Below, piece after piece: positions 1 to 12,126 of a stretch of 64,000 bases of DNA; positions within the stretch are counted from its first letter, which is position 1; the number at the start of each line of letters is the position of its first letter. Under the pieces are notes generated by a model, which saw nothing but the letters and a program-made list of their open reading frames with translations, had not been told where the DNA came from and did no database searches. A program made the translations under genes and the position numbers. Source of the DNA: Oikopleura dioica (taxonomy: Eukaryota; Animalia; Chordata); contig OU015568.1 of NCBI GenBank assembly GCA_907165135.1, positions 13,888,001 to 13,952,000 of the forward strand, given 5' to 3'.

Positions 1-735
1 AGCAATGCACCATACATGGTGCATGCAGTAATTATCAAAATAAGCGTATTTCCGAACCCTAACCCTAACCAAGAGTAGTCGAAAGTTGACCTAAGGGTAG
101 CTTATCGATAAATAGCCCTACAGTTTCTTCAGTTTTTCGAAACTCAAAATCACTTCGGTTGGAGACCTAATTCTTTGACCCCTGTTCCATAGATGGTGCA
201 CCCTGGCCGGCTAAGGTTAAGTCGAGAATCTTCAGGTTTCGAGTCGAATTTCCGACTTCTTAAGTTACTTGTACTTATAAAACAATTATAAACAATATAT
301 GAGTCTTTAGTAATTGAACCGCGGTAGAACCGGAAGGTTTTTTTTCAATTTCATTTCGGGTTCCTGTCGAAAAATACCCATATTCTCACCTTCTTTGACC
401 ACTAGAGGCCGCTAGACCGAAGGGCAGCTAGATTTTATGGGCTCTACAGAAAGCTCAGAGTCTGAGCTTCCTATTCCAGCCGTTCCTAAAGGCTCAGGAG
501 TTCCTAAACGTATCGAAAAAATTGATTGAAGACTTCTAGTGCCTATATTGAGACTTCCGGTCCCATAAATTGCCTTGGGGGCATGACTAAGACCCCTTTA
601 TTCTGTGCCCAAATGAAAGCTCAGGACATGGGCTTTCTAAATATATGTTACATGACCCCCAAATTTAGCTAGAAAAATGTGCCGAAATTTAGTCCGGTAA
701 GCCTAAAAATGGATTAACGTCACAGTAATTATTGC
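1..735. repeat. Probable non-coding interspersed repeat or transposon remnant
   Basis: No ORF; short (AACCCT)n tract at 55-70; related hairpin motifs AAGCTCAGA-G-TCTGAGCTT (~451-469) and GAAAGCTCA..TGGGCTTTC (~615-637). Confidence 0.35.
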
Positions 736-755
736 AGGCCCATGAAAAAGCAGAT

Positions 756-3700
756 TTACTCCTCGTCGGAGTCGGTCTCGTACTCGGAGCTGGAGGGTTC
801 TTCGGAGTCGGAATCGGTTACGAAGCCGCCTGAAAAAATATATTTTTTTTATGTATATACAGTTTTATTTATACAGTTTATTTTATGTATATACAGTTGG
901 TTCAAGAAGCTAGTAGCATTGATTTCAAAAAATATGAAAAGAAAAGTGTTTTTAGACATCTAAGAATATCTAAGTAAACATCTCTAACTAAGAGTCTAAG
1001 TTGCCGAGCCAAGATCTCGAAATACATTATGTTTCTATTAAAAACATCTGTAAATGTTCGAAGAAGTGTTTTACCGTCAACGTCAGATTCAGCTTCTGAG
1101 TCCCACATTTCCGGAACGATTTCTTCCTCAACCCTCTCTTCGACAGTGATGGTGAACTCGTGCTTCATGTCGATGTCGATGTAGCTGTCGGAGCGGACGT
1201 AGACGACGAAGTTGTACATTCCTGGGCGGCCAGGGGCGGGGAAGCGGATGTCTACTTCTTTCACGTCGACTAGTAAAGAAAGGTTGAAGAAAAATGAGTT
1301 TGAAGAGGGGCTTACCGAGGTTTTGAACTTGAACGGGTTCGCAGAGAAGTCGCTCGGAAAGCTTCTCGCGCTTGGGATTCGTCATGCAGAGATATACCCA
1401 CCACCACTCTTGCTTCTCAACCGGGAAGCGCGGCGCATGGACTGTGTGCGTCAATCGCGAATTGTCTTGAGTTAGTACGTTTTTCCGCTTGTCTGAAACA
1501 GAAGGATAAAAAGGGGGTGAGGAAGAGGGCTTACTTTTCTTTTGGAGTTTTTTCCAGCTCTTTTCTTCGGCATCTTCGTTGTCGGAATCGTTTTCGGGTG
1601 CTAGATTGCGGATTATTCAATGTGTTTTGATGTCTTATAGCTGGCCAAAATGTTTTAGAAGCCACTTACTTTCATCTTCATCCTCGTCTTCCTGTTCATC
1701 TTCTACAGCGGGTGCATCACCAGCGCCTTTTTCAGCGGCTTCACGAGCAGCTGAAGGAAATCACGTTTTACGGAAGAAACATTTACACGAGACAAAACGA
1801 GAAGAACAATTACCTTTGGCAGCTCGTTTAGCAGCGGCGGCTTGAGGACCTTTCTTTGATTTGACCTTTTTCGCTTGATTGGCAGTTTCTTTTTCCTCCG
1901 CAGTGGGGGCGATTTTGACCTCGCCCATGTCTCCATCATTGTAGACGATTTCCTGAAGGATTAGAGTTAGAGAAGTGATTTAGGGTGGGGGAAAAGAGGA
2001 GTATTCAAATAGAAGACTAAATCTGGGCTTAAAAGCGAAACAAGAAGTGCAAGAAAGTGCTAGGAATGAGGTAAAAGTACCTCTCCGTTGGTGGCGGCTT
2101 GGGAGATATCTTCCATATTGTGGCGGGTGAGTTCAGTGCTGACAGTGACAATCGAGCCAGTAGTGATCTTGTGGTCATCATCGTCGTCCTCCACTTTGAC
2201 GTCGACCTTCACTTGCAGCGCTGGAATGTCGCGGAAGACTTCGTACAGCTCGTTGAACTCCTTTTCTGGAAGCTGAAAAAGGGGATGAAGAGAAGAAAGA
2301 TGAGATTTGAAAACGCATTTAATGCCGCATATGATATAGCACGCTGTGAAGAAACCTTCTCAAATCAAATTCTGAAGAGTCTAGCAGCTAAACTCTAGCT
2401 GAAGGAATTTTTAACTTACAGATTTGAAGATGGCTCTGATTTCTTCGACTGGTCTTGCGGCCAACTGCTTGAGAGATCGAGCCTTCTTCGCGTTGAGGAA
2501 TCGGATAAAATCCTCTTTGAAATGGGGCAGCTGCATAAAAGCGACGGATCTTTGATTCAAAGGAAGACCTTGGACGAGATTCTGCATGTTTCGGATGATG
2601 TTATCCAGAGTTTCGACTTTGGGGACTTTTGGCATTTGCCCCTGCTGGAGCATCGCTTGGGTGAGGAAGAATACTTTGGACACCAACTCGGCGTGGAGAT
2701 CGGGCACTTTTTTGAGGATCATGTCGAGGTCTTCCTGCAGTTCGGGGCTCAGCTTGATGTCGTACATGTGCGCAAAGTAGAGGAGGCGAACCTGAATGAA
2801 AAAATTGGCTTTGGTTCAAAGTTATCCTATTTAGGGACATTGAGAGCAGGGATCTAAATCTTTTCGCGAAAATCTCAATTTGCACATATTTAGCGATTCC
2901 GAAGCGAAACTTCGCAGATAATTCGCAATTGACATAATGTCAAATTTTTACCTTCATAGAATAGCCCTGATCAAAAGGCTTGTCAGTTGGTGGCTTGGAG
3001 ACATTTCGCTCGTATTCCTCGATTTCGCGCATCAAAACCGGAAGTTGTTCCGCATCTTCCGGCCGTTCCTTTATGTCTTTATTATGATTGGGATTGAACT
3101 CAAACGCGCCGGAAAAGACCATCATCGCGCGACGGCGATTCATCAGCGGCGTCCTGTAAACGTAGAACTCGAACAGCTTCGTCGTCTTGATCAGAACGGC
3201 TTCGGAAGTGTACTGGATCGACTTGTACCACCAGTTTCCGACGATGGCGGGAAGCATGATGCCGAAGAGGAGGCCGTAAACACCCAGGACGTACATGTGG
3301 TTGTCTTCTTCGACCAGCCAAGCGGGCAGGGCCACTCCGTATTTTGTCTAATCAGGGCTTTCACTTTGCATGCCAAAGCTCTGCAACCTGTGTAGAAAAC
3401 CTGAGTCAGGTTCTGGACGATCTAAAATGAAAAGGCCTGCTTCAATCTGAGTCAGGCTTAGAAGATAGAAATCTGAAAGCCTATTCCTGAAGCATTCCAT
3501 CGGGGTTTCCATACTTGACCCAGTTTTCGAACATATGCTCATCCGTCAGCGTCTCGTAGGCCTTGTTGATTTTTCCCCAGGCTTCGTTATTAGCTGTTTC
3601 GACATCATCCGGAATCTCAGCGCCGTCGTTCGCTTTCAAATACTCATTTCGGAGCTTGTCTGGATGCTGAGTTCGCGAAAGAGTTCTGTACACCTTCTTG

Positions 3701-4125
3701 ATAGCTTTTTTGCCGCTTTCGAAGTCTTGGAACTGCGGATCGTTTTGGGAAACTCCCAGAATCTCGAAAGGATCGAAGGCTACGGTAATGACTTCTTCGG
3801 TTTGTGAAGCATTGTAGCCGATGAAAGCGAGAAGGGCCCAGCAGAGAAGGATAATCAAACGGGTGATCCAAGGACTGGCGCCGACTTTTTTCAATTCAGA
3901 TTCTTTATTTTTGAACCATTTCGAGTTTCCATGTTTCGCCTTTCTTTCCCTCATTCTTTCTTCCTCTTTCTTATTCGCTGAAGATCGGAATTTCTTCATG
4001 GTTAGTGGCGCTAAAAGCGGTTTTAGGCAAAACCAAATGAGTCGAAGCTTACTGAGAACGAGAGCTCCAAAAGCGACGACATAATAAGCGAAAAAATCGC
4101 CGACGTACTCTAAGTTCATCGGCAT
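756..4125 (-). CDS. SEC63: Translocation protein SEC63 (multi-exon)
   Basis: N-terminal TM segments; J-domain with FDPFEILG and HPDK; YGNPDG..ALPAWLV; Sec63/Brl domain (HAPRFPVEKQEWWWVY, VRSDSYIDID); acidic C-terminus; stop TAA at 756-758. Confidence 0.95.
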
Positions 4126-4448
4126 CTTGCCGTCTCGATTCGATTACTTTTTCTAAAAATGAGGGAAATTAATTGATTGAACAATGGGAGTTCTTTTCAA
4201 TGAAAAATCTTGCGCTTGGCTTGAGGACCTTAGCAAAAACCTTACTCAGGATACTGAATACGTTGGAAAATTAACAAGTAATGCCCTGCTACGAGTCGAT
4301 AAAAAAACAAGCGAAATTTTGATAGTGATTTAATTATATTTCCATTTTGTGATAGAACTTTTTTAATGGTAAAGGAGGCAGTGAGTGCTAAATGAGTGAT
4401 GTGACTTTTTTCTAAAACATGGTTCATGTAAGGGCTCGTGCAAAAATT

Positions 4449-5829
4449 TTAACGCTTGAGCTTCTTGGCTGTGTTGCCTTTTTGCTTTCCAGCTTTTCGT
4501 TTCGCGTCTTTCTTTGGGGTCGGTTTGGAGGTGGAGACGACTTTGGAGATTTTGAAAAAGTCGTCCATTCGTCCCTGGTTGATTTTCCCTAAAGTTATCG
4601 AAAAGCTGAGTTTTTTCAAACGAAGATCTCTTTACCTTTGGACTTTTCAAGTCGTTTGAGACCGCTGCGAATTCGCTCTTCGTTGAATCCATTCTTTACG
4701 CACATGAATTCGATCATTCCTTCGATATCGGGCGATTTCCACTTCGGTGGGTCGATATTCTATCGCGTTTTATCATGTAAACTGTTGTTTGACAAATTCC
4801 ATACCTTGTACACTTCAGGCTCGACGAACAATCGCCTGGCATCCTTGTACTGCCAGTCGTCGACAACCTTGTACTTTTCCAAATCAATGTTTTGGAGGAT
4901 CGTCTCAATGTTGTCGTGTTTTTTGATGAGCTCGAACGCTTTCTTCGGACCAATGCCCTTGATGTTTGGCACGTAGTCGCAGCCCATGAGGATGCAGAGA
5001 TCGACGAATTGAGCGTGAGTTAGTCCAAGAACCGACATGATCTTTTCGTAGTGGAGCTCTTGAACAGGCAGCTTTCGAGATTCGGGCATCGTCAATCGTC
5101 GGAGAAGAACGGGGGTCTTGAAGCACAAGGAATCTTTTGAAAGGATTGAAGAGTGTTCAATAAGATTTGCTTAAAAATAATAGTTCTTTTTCAGCCCTTT
5201 CCCATATCCTCCGTGGCGATGGAATTGACAAGACCCTCGATGCACATTTGCGCACACTGCGCTTCCGCCTCACAGAGTGCCTCGACGTAAGGAACTCCCA
5301 AGAGTTCTAGCACCTTCTTCGCGTCCCTGACGTGATCTTTTGTAACTTTCACGAGTCGCCTCTCCTGCTTATCGATTTCTTGCGCAGTTCCAGTTTCTTT
5401 TGCCTCTTCGAGCTCGTCCTTTGCTTTTTCGCGGCCTTCCGCTCGTTTCTTCAATTCGTGCGACTTCATCTCAGGTGGCTTGCCGTCGAAAACGTACACT
5501 GGCTTGAGCCCGTTCTCGATCATCCTAACCGTTCTACGACAAGTTTAGGGATGATCTATTTCATCCAAAATTACCGGTAGAACATTCCGCTCAAATGAGA
5601 AGTAATCTCTCCAGCTTCATTCGTCAGTTGAGCACCGTCTTGACGCACCGCAATCAGAAATTGATACAAACTTAACGAAATGCATAGAAATCAGAAAATA
5701 AAAATTTCCGACGTACCACATAGAAGCATCGACGGCAATTTTCCTCCCGAAATAATTCTTCATTTCGCCTTCTTTTACGCAGGAGGGAGCCTCATCGCCG
5801 ATCAGTTTCATCAACCCTTTTATTCCCAT
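4449..5829 (-). CDS. FEN1: Flap endonuclease 1 (multi-exon)
   Basis: [20 protein letters not shown]; VFDGKPP; EAEAQCA; [17 protein letters not shown]; C-terminal PIP box QGRMDDFF and basic tail. Confidence 0.97.
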
Positions 5830-6441
5830 CTTGACTCAATCTAAAAACGGTAATGGTTTAGGATGGTTTTAACATTTCTTTTAATTTTATTCGTATGATA
5901 ACCGGTTTAGTCTGAAAATGGGAGTCGTATTCATTTTAGGATTCACATACACATCGTAATAATATCTGAATGGAAGCCTGCAGCAGTAACGCTAGGTCGA
6001 TTTGTTCTTCATTTTATTTATTCGTATTTCGTCCTTGAATGTTTTCCTTTATGACAGACTGTCTCTTTTTTATTGTTACCTGTAAGAGGAAAAATCCTAC
6101 AATAGGCGCCCATAAAAAGGCTCATGTCAAAAAAGTCAAAATTGGCAGGATTGGCGCGGCGCGGCCAATCGCTGGTCCGTGGAAAACGCGCTCTTTTGTG
6201 AGAGTTCTTTGCCAGGGTCTTTTTGAGCTAACAAACAAAATTCTCTGGAAAGAGGAAATTCAAGAAAGAAAATACGAAAAAGCGCTAATCTTTTTCAATA
6301 GGACAATTTCCTCATGAAAAAAAAATGTTAATTTGAGTATTCAAATGTGAATTTTACTGGCCAAGATGAAGAGACAATTCCGATTTTTCCTACGAAAATA
6401 ACTGTTTTTAACACATTACTATCAGAAATATCATTTTCAGA

Positions 6442-8299
6442 ATGTTGCTTAAACTGGCACTACTCGGATCAGCCCTGGCAGTGCTCGGCGAGGCGGAAAA
6501 TGATTACACGGTACGAAGAACATCTTATTCTCTTATCTTCAATCAAATATCTAAAGAAAGTAATATGTACTCAATGTATTCTGTAGATTATTGTCGGAGC
6601 TGGCAAACGGGACTGCTACTACGAGGCGTTCAAAAAGGACGTTGAATTCGAAATCGAATACCAGGTTCTTTTTACTCCTTCCTTTCAAGTTCTCAAAATT
6701 CTCAAAGGTTGTTGATGGCGGCGATCTAGACATAAGTTTCCAGGCTTTCGATCCCAAAGGAAAGCAACTCTTCACAGATCACAGACAAGAAGATGGCCTC
6801 CATTCTGTCTCAGCTGAGAAGAACCCTGGCGGAGATTTCCAAATTTGCTTTGACAACAGACACTCGCGTTTTCAAGCAAAGGTTTGAAGATGTTTTGTTT
6901 TCCATTTTATTTCATTCATTTTTGGACAGATGAATATTAGAAAAATTGACCACCGTCCTGTTGTTTTGGAGTTTTTTGAGTCTATCGTTTCATTTTAAAA
7001 TCGAATCGGAATTATTCTGGAGCTTTTAACATCTGATAAAGCTTAGCGCAGCAACAATGCTCTGATCCTTTCGAGCAGCTTGTAGAAATTCCTCTCTGGA
7101 AAGTTCTCCGTTTCCGTCAGCGTCCATGATTTGGAAGATTTTTTCCACTCGATCTTCCGCTTTTTCACACGAATTTACGCCAGTAGAACCAGCCATAGAG
7201 ATCATCGCATTGATGATTTTGACCATTTCTTGCTTGTCGATCGTGCCCGAATCGTCCAAATCGTAAATTCTACGTAAAAAGTTACTTTTGAAGAACGTAG
7301 GAAAGCTTACCGGAAAGCCCATTCTAGTTTCTCCTCCATCGAGCCTTTTGAAGTTATCGACAAGGCGTTCAAAAACTCATCGAATTGAATAGTCCCATCT
7401 CCGTTCACATCAAAAACCGAGAAAACCATTGACGCAAACTCGTGCGAGTTTCCATCGGGAAAGAAGCCCCGGTAAATTTCTGCGAATTCGTTGAGCTTCA
7501 GCTCGCCATCGGGACAGTCTTGGATGAATCCTCTGTACCAGACTTTGATCTCTGCTTTGGTGAATTTCGTCGTCGTCTCAAGCCTCTTGATTTCTTCTTT
7601 CGAAAGTCGAGATTTATTCTGGCCCATCTTTGTTGCTTCCTTTTTTTTGATATTTAGCTTTGTTTTGATGTCCTTTCAACCCATATTTTCGCTTATATAC
7701 TCCCCATATTAGCTCTTTAGCGCTCTTTTCCGCACATATGAGCATGATAAGGTGTAACTACCGCTCATTTACGAGCGTAAGTCTAATTTGGCTCTTCCGG
7801 GAAAATGATCACAAAGCTGATTTCGATCTACGCCAATATCCCTAATCACCGATTCAATTTGACCTACATTATTGCAAAGTTCAAACTGTACTTTTCAGAC
7901 GGTGTTCTTCGAATTCTTCATCATGGACGATGACTACGAATACGACGATTACGATTCCGAAGAATACCTCGACTTCAAGAAGACGCTCAAAGAAGACGAC
8001 TACGAAGAAGACACGCTCAAGTCACTCACCGATCGACTTCACAAAATCAAGCAAAACCACGGAAAAACGATGCAATACCAGGCCTACATCAGAGCGCACG
8101 AGGCAAAAGACAGAAATATTATTGAACACAACTACGAGCGCGTCAATTTCTGGTCTGCAGTTCATCTTCTTGCTATGATCTGTACTGCCGTTTTCCAGGT
8201 AACAAACAGGCCTCTAGCCATCTTGTTTTACCCATATTCTAGGTCTACTTCCTGAGATCTCTGTTTGCCAATACTGCAACAAAAGGCCAGCGTGCATAA
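6442..8299 (+). CDS. p24/TMED family cargo receptor (TMED1/TMED5-like, GOLD domain)
   Basis: Signal peptide; CYYE..EIEYQVVDGGDLDI..QICFDN; coiled coil EAKDRNIIEHNYERVNFWS; TM segment ending QVYFLRSLF. A ~1-kb intron spans ~6882-7898. Confidence 0.9.
7026..7627 (-). CDS. Neuronal calcium sensor family EF-hand protein (neurocalcin/frequenin-like), nested in the TMED intron
   Basis: MGQNKS myristoylation start; WYRGFIQDCPDG; EF-hands DVNGDGTIQFDE, DLDDSGTIDKQE and DADGNGELSREE; one 41-nt GT-AG intron at 7270-7310. Confidence 0.93.
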
Positions 8300-8712
8300 A
8301 GAATTCCATTCCTGTTTTCATTATTCTCTAGGAAAATTATGATTTGCCTTGACCAAGAAAATTTTTACGAAATCGTTGCTCATAATACCTTATCTTCAAA
8401 CAGAACCTGTATAAAACTACAATCCTGCAATAAGCTTTCTTTGAATAGTGTTTTTATTTCTACTTCCTCCTGTATTAACATTACACATCCACCAATCATG
8501 CCTTATTAATAAAATAAAAATGCATACAAATGAATCAAACGAAATTCGCAAAAAAGGTCTCGTTGAAAGAGGCGTTTTTTGCGACCGCGATTTAAATTAT
8601 TGTTAAATACATATTGGCGAAAATGATAAGAAATTATGAAAAGAAAGATGTACAGGGGATGATCTCAAGGTACAGAATGATAGGATGCGCTACAGGTAGA
8701 GTTGTTGCTTTT

Positions 8713-9200
8713 TTATTTATTTGAACTAGCAAAGGTCCCGTTTTGTTGAAAGTAGACCGTGAGCATCAAGGCAAGAAGAATTTGAATCGGCATCGTCATG
8801 GATTTGTTGACCAAAGGGACGAGTAATGGTGCGCCAATCGCGAATTTTAATGGATCCCCTAAACAACCGAAGTTTCTCATCTTGCCTTCGTCGAATGGAT
8901 ACAGTACCTTTTGGCGAGAATATGATCTTTCTACTGGCAAGTTGTTGAAGCCTAAAAGTGAGCGCCACAGGTCTCGTGCTGGCGATAGAAAGAACAGGAA
9001 AACCAAACGAGGCGTATTGAAGGAATGATCTTTTACGAGTAGCTCCGCTGGAATCGTATACGGCAAGCGAAAGGGCTTCTTTCCTTTCAGCGCGAAATAA
9101 AGCATCGTTGAGGATATTGGTAGGGTAAGATAGTCGGCGATGATGAACGAAGTCGCCAGGGAGAGGCCGAAGTCTCCGAAATCTTTAGTAAGGATTGTTA
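8713..9200 (-). CDS. Hypothetical hydrophobic/membrane protein, 5' end unresolved
   Basis: Open frame of more than 130 aa with hydrophobic segments; no family recognised. Confidence 0.35.
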
Positions 9201-9973
9201 ATTTGATGGATTACTTTTATAATTTTTACGCAGAAGTGAGTTATTTTGTCAACTATCCTGGCATTTTCAAATCACAAAAAGGTGTAAAAATTTCTCTCGC
9301 CGGGTGTTTATATCGAAAAAAATTTCAAAATCGATTGGCTGGAAAGTTTTTGTACTGCGTTCTGTTCAGTCACACGCGACCCACCACGCTTCTGTAGTTT
9401 GACTGTCTCATGATGTGCCCCTCTGACGCGCTTTCTTCTTCAGATTTCAAATTTCAGTGTACTCAATTTGACGCCGTGCAAGGTCCAAATCGTTCGTCAG
9501 TTCGGTGTATCTTGTTTGCAGAATGAGTTCTTAGCTGCCTGAAAAAATGTGTATACGACTGAGAAGCGGTAACCGCCTTAGATTCTGAATCTGTTAAAGC
9601 GGCGTCTCGTGATAAGTCTGATTATGCAATAAATTAACAGTGGCGCCATATTGTTGTTTCAGGGGCGGGTCTTATTGTTTCTAGTGCCAATGAAATACCA
9701 AGTTGAATGTTCAAGTTTTTCATCCCTAACTCTGACTACCTTGGATTATATTTAATGAAAAGCACATGAAAATAACTGAATTCAATTATTTGGTCAACAT
9801 TTTTAATATAAACATCTAAAGATATAATAATAAATAAACAAATATTCCTGTACAACGCAGCGTAGTATCTCTCTCATAAGGTAGTATCGAACATATGAAA
9901 CATAGATGTCGCTAGAGCGACGTAATTATAAAAACTCAACGCTTTCAAGCGTTTCCAGATTAGCAACAGAAAA

Positions 9974-10640
9974 ATGGACCAAAAGCCGATTAATTACGTT
10001 TTTGAGGAGACACCACTAGCTTCAACGGTCGAAGAACAGCCCTACGTTCAGCCAGAGATCATGAAGGTAGCAAGATTAATTATTTGCAGGACGATTGTTA
10101 GCCATTCTAGAAAAATTTCATACTGTTAGAATGTCATGTTCTAAAGCAGCGTAAATTGCAGATTTTAAAATTCTATGAGGTCGATTTCACTAATTTTTTT
10201 GCCCTGACTTTTACTTTTTCTATAGAAATACAACATCACTAGCGAAGATCTAAAATGCACCAAGCCAAAAACCAAGAAGAAACGCAACTTTGTCAATGAA
10301 AACGAAAAGAACGAGGCGTACTGGAAAAAGGTCAGAAATAGAAACGTTTCTTTGTAAAATTTGACATATCGATTATGAAGCGTCAAAAGAATAATTTGGC
10401 AGCGAAGAGGTCAAGAGAGTCGAAAAGAGCGAGGGATAACAAGATCGTGGATACAGCGAATCTACTGGAGAAAGAGAACTCATTCTTGAAAGAGCAAATC
10501 TTTCGCGTCCGGTAGAAACTCTTCCAAAGAATCTTGTCTTTCATTTTCAATAATTTAGATCTCAAGTTTTGGACGTTCGCGAGCAGCTTCAGCGATTGAC
10601 GCAAATTTATGGAACGCCACCTTTTCTCGGCGATTTCTGA
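9974..10640 (+). CDS. Small PAR/NFIL3-type bZIP transcription factor
   Basis: Spliced reading KKKRNFVNENEKNEAYWKK|RQKNNLAAKRSRESKRARDNKIVDTANLLEKENSFLKEQI matches the PAR-bZIP basic region and zipper. Not present in the ORF track because the exons are short. Confidence 0.85.
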
Positions 10641-10853
10641 TGCTTCTGCGCAGTTTTATGATTGCAAGAATAAATTCAAAGAAATGAATAAATCGTCATT
10701 TCTTGCAGGGGATAAGTTATCATTATAAATTTATTAATAAATACTAAATAGACTATCTCAGCAGGGACGGCTCAGAATTATCTATCGAAATAGACGGAAA
10801 AGACAGAATAATCATAGTTTGTTTACTCGAAGTACATGTTTTTGAGGCAGATA

Positions 10854-11907
10854 TTAGCTGATGTCAGATTCTTTTAGATAAGTGTAACATTTGTGGTAGA
10901 ACCAGGTTGTAATGCCCCAGCTCATCGATGTGCGCAAAATGGCAAAGCGGAATCCGCGATACAATGCGTGGATTTCTTGATTTCGCTCTTTGTAAATTGA
11001 CTTCAGCGTGAATAAGGTACTGAAAGATGAGTTCGTCAACAATGCAGTAAAAACCTTTTACCTTCTGTATAACTTTGATTCGCTAGAATTGAGAATAGAC
11101 TGTTGTCTAGCTCTGACAACATTGAAGATATAGGCGTAACAAGTAGCTACGATGCCTCCAAAGGCTCCTCGAATGAATAAGTTGTCCGTAATCTGCGACA
11201 TTTGATCGTAGACTTGGAAATAAATAAAAGTCGAAATTCCATTTCGCAGGATGATCGGCCTGATTCCACGGTAATATTCTCTCATCGGGAGGCTAAAAAG
11301 AAATCATCAGATTAGGTAAGCTTTCATAAGGAAGATTGCGTTATGCTTACGTTTTCACTAAGTGCCAGGTATTCTGATAGCGTCTATTGCTTTTATCATC
11401 TTGCAAAATGGTCTGTAGGCGTTCAAATGGACAGCAGAATATACTTTCTATTGTTCCTAAAGATCTCCTTTTTCAAACTTTATACCGGAAGCAAGACTTA
11501 CCTGAGGTTAGAGCGGCGAAAAGCTTGGCAATATTAACATGGTTTTGCATACAGTCGTATTTTGAGTAAATTTCTATACAGTTGTAATATCCTCCGAATG
11601 TGAACATGCGCGCGAGGCATCTGTTGAAGGTGGGCGGAATAAGACCTCTGTACAGATGAGCCACATTTCTGGGGAAAGGAAGAGGCTTCAGCTCGTCTTT
11701 TATGATAAATGATTTACTGTTTCATGACAAAGACTTACTTTTGAGTGAATGAATTGCTTGGGAAGGTGTGTAGCCATTTAGCTGCTGGCGGAACATGAGC
11801 TTATTAACAGGAAAGGTAAGCAGTATGTCCGCAGCGCCGGAGCTGAAGCCGCATAACCAGGGACGCGCCAATTCGAATACATCTTTTGTATTTTCACATC
11901 TACTCAT
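10854..11907 (-). CDS. SLC25A51: Mitochondrial carrier, SLC25A51/MCART-like
   Basis: WLCGFSSGAADILLTFPVNKLMFRQQLNG; three carrier repeats (LYRG, YYRGIRPIILRNG, LYRGFR). Confidence 0.75.
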
Positions 11908-12126
11908 CCCATATCTGAATAATTTTGTTCTGAGAGCGGTTTCTCTATTTCATAAAAGACAGACAGTGTTTTGAGAAGACAGATCGATCACCGCAATTTC
12001 GGGGTGGAGATCGCGCGGATCTCCAGGCAATCGGAGATCCAAAGAACCCGCGCACCACTCATTGGTGATTCCTCTCGAGCACCTCATTTCGGATCTCCAA
12101 CGATCACCCCCGATCCTAGACCTAGG

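Noticed and set aside
55-70. (AACCCT)n as a telomere
   Set aside because: Only about 2.5 units, in an internal position.
850-900. Short TATACAGTT repeats
   Set aside because: Low-complexity intronic repeat in SEC63 with no sign of function.
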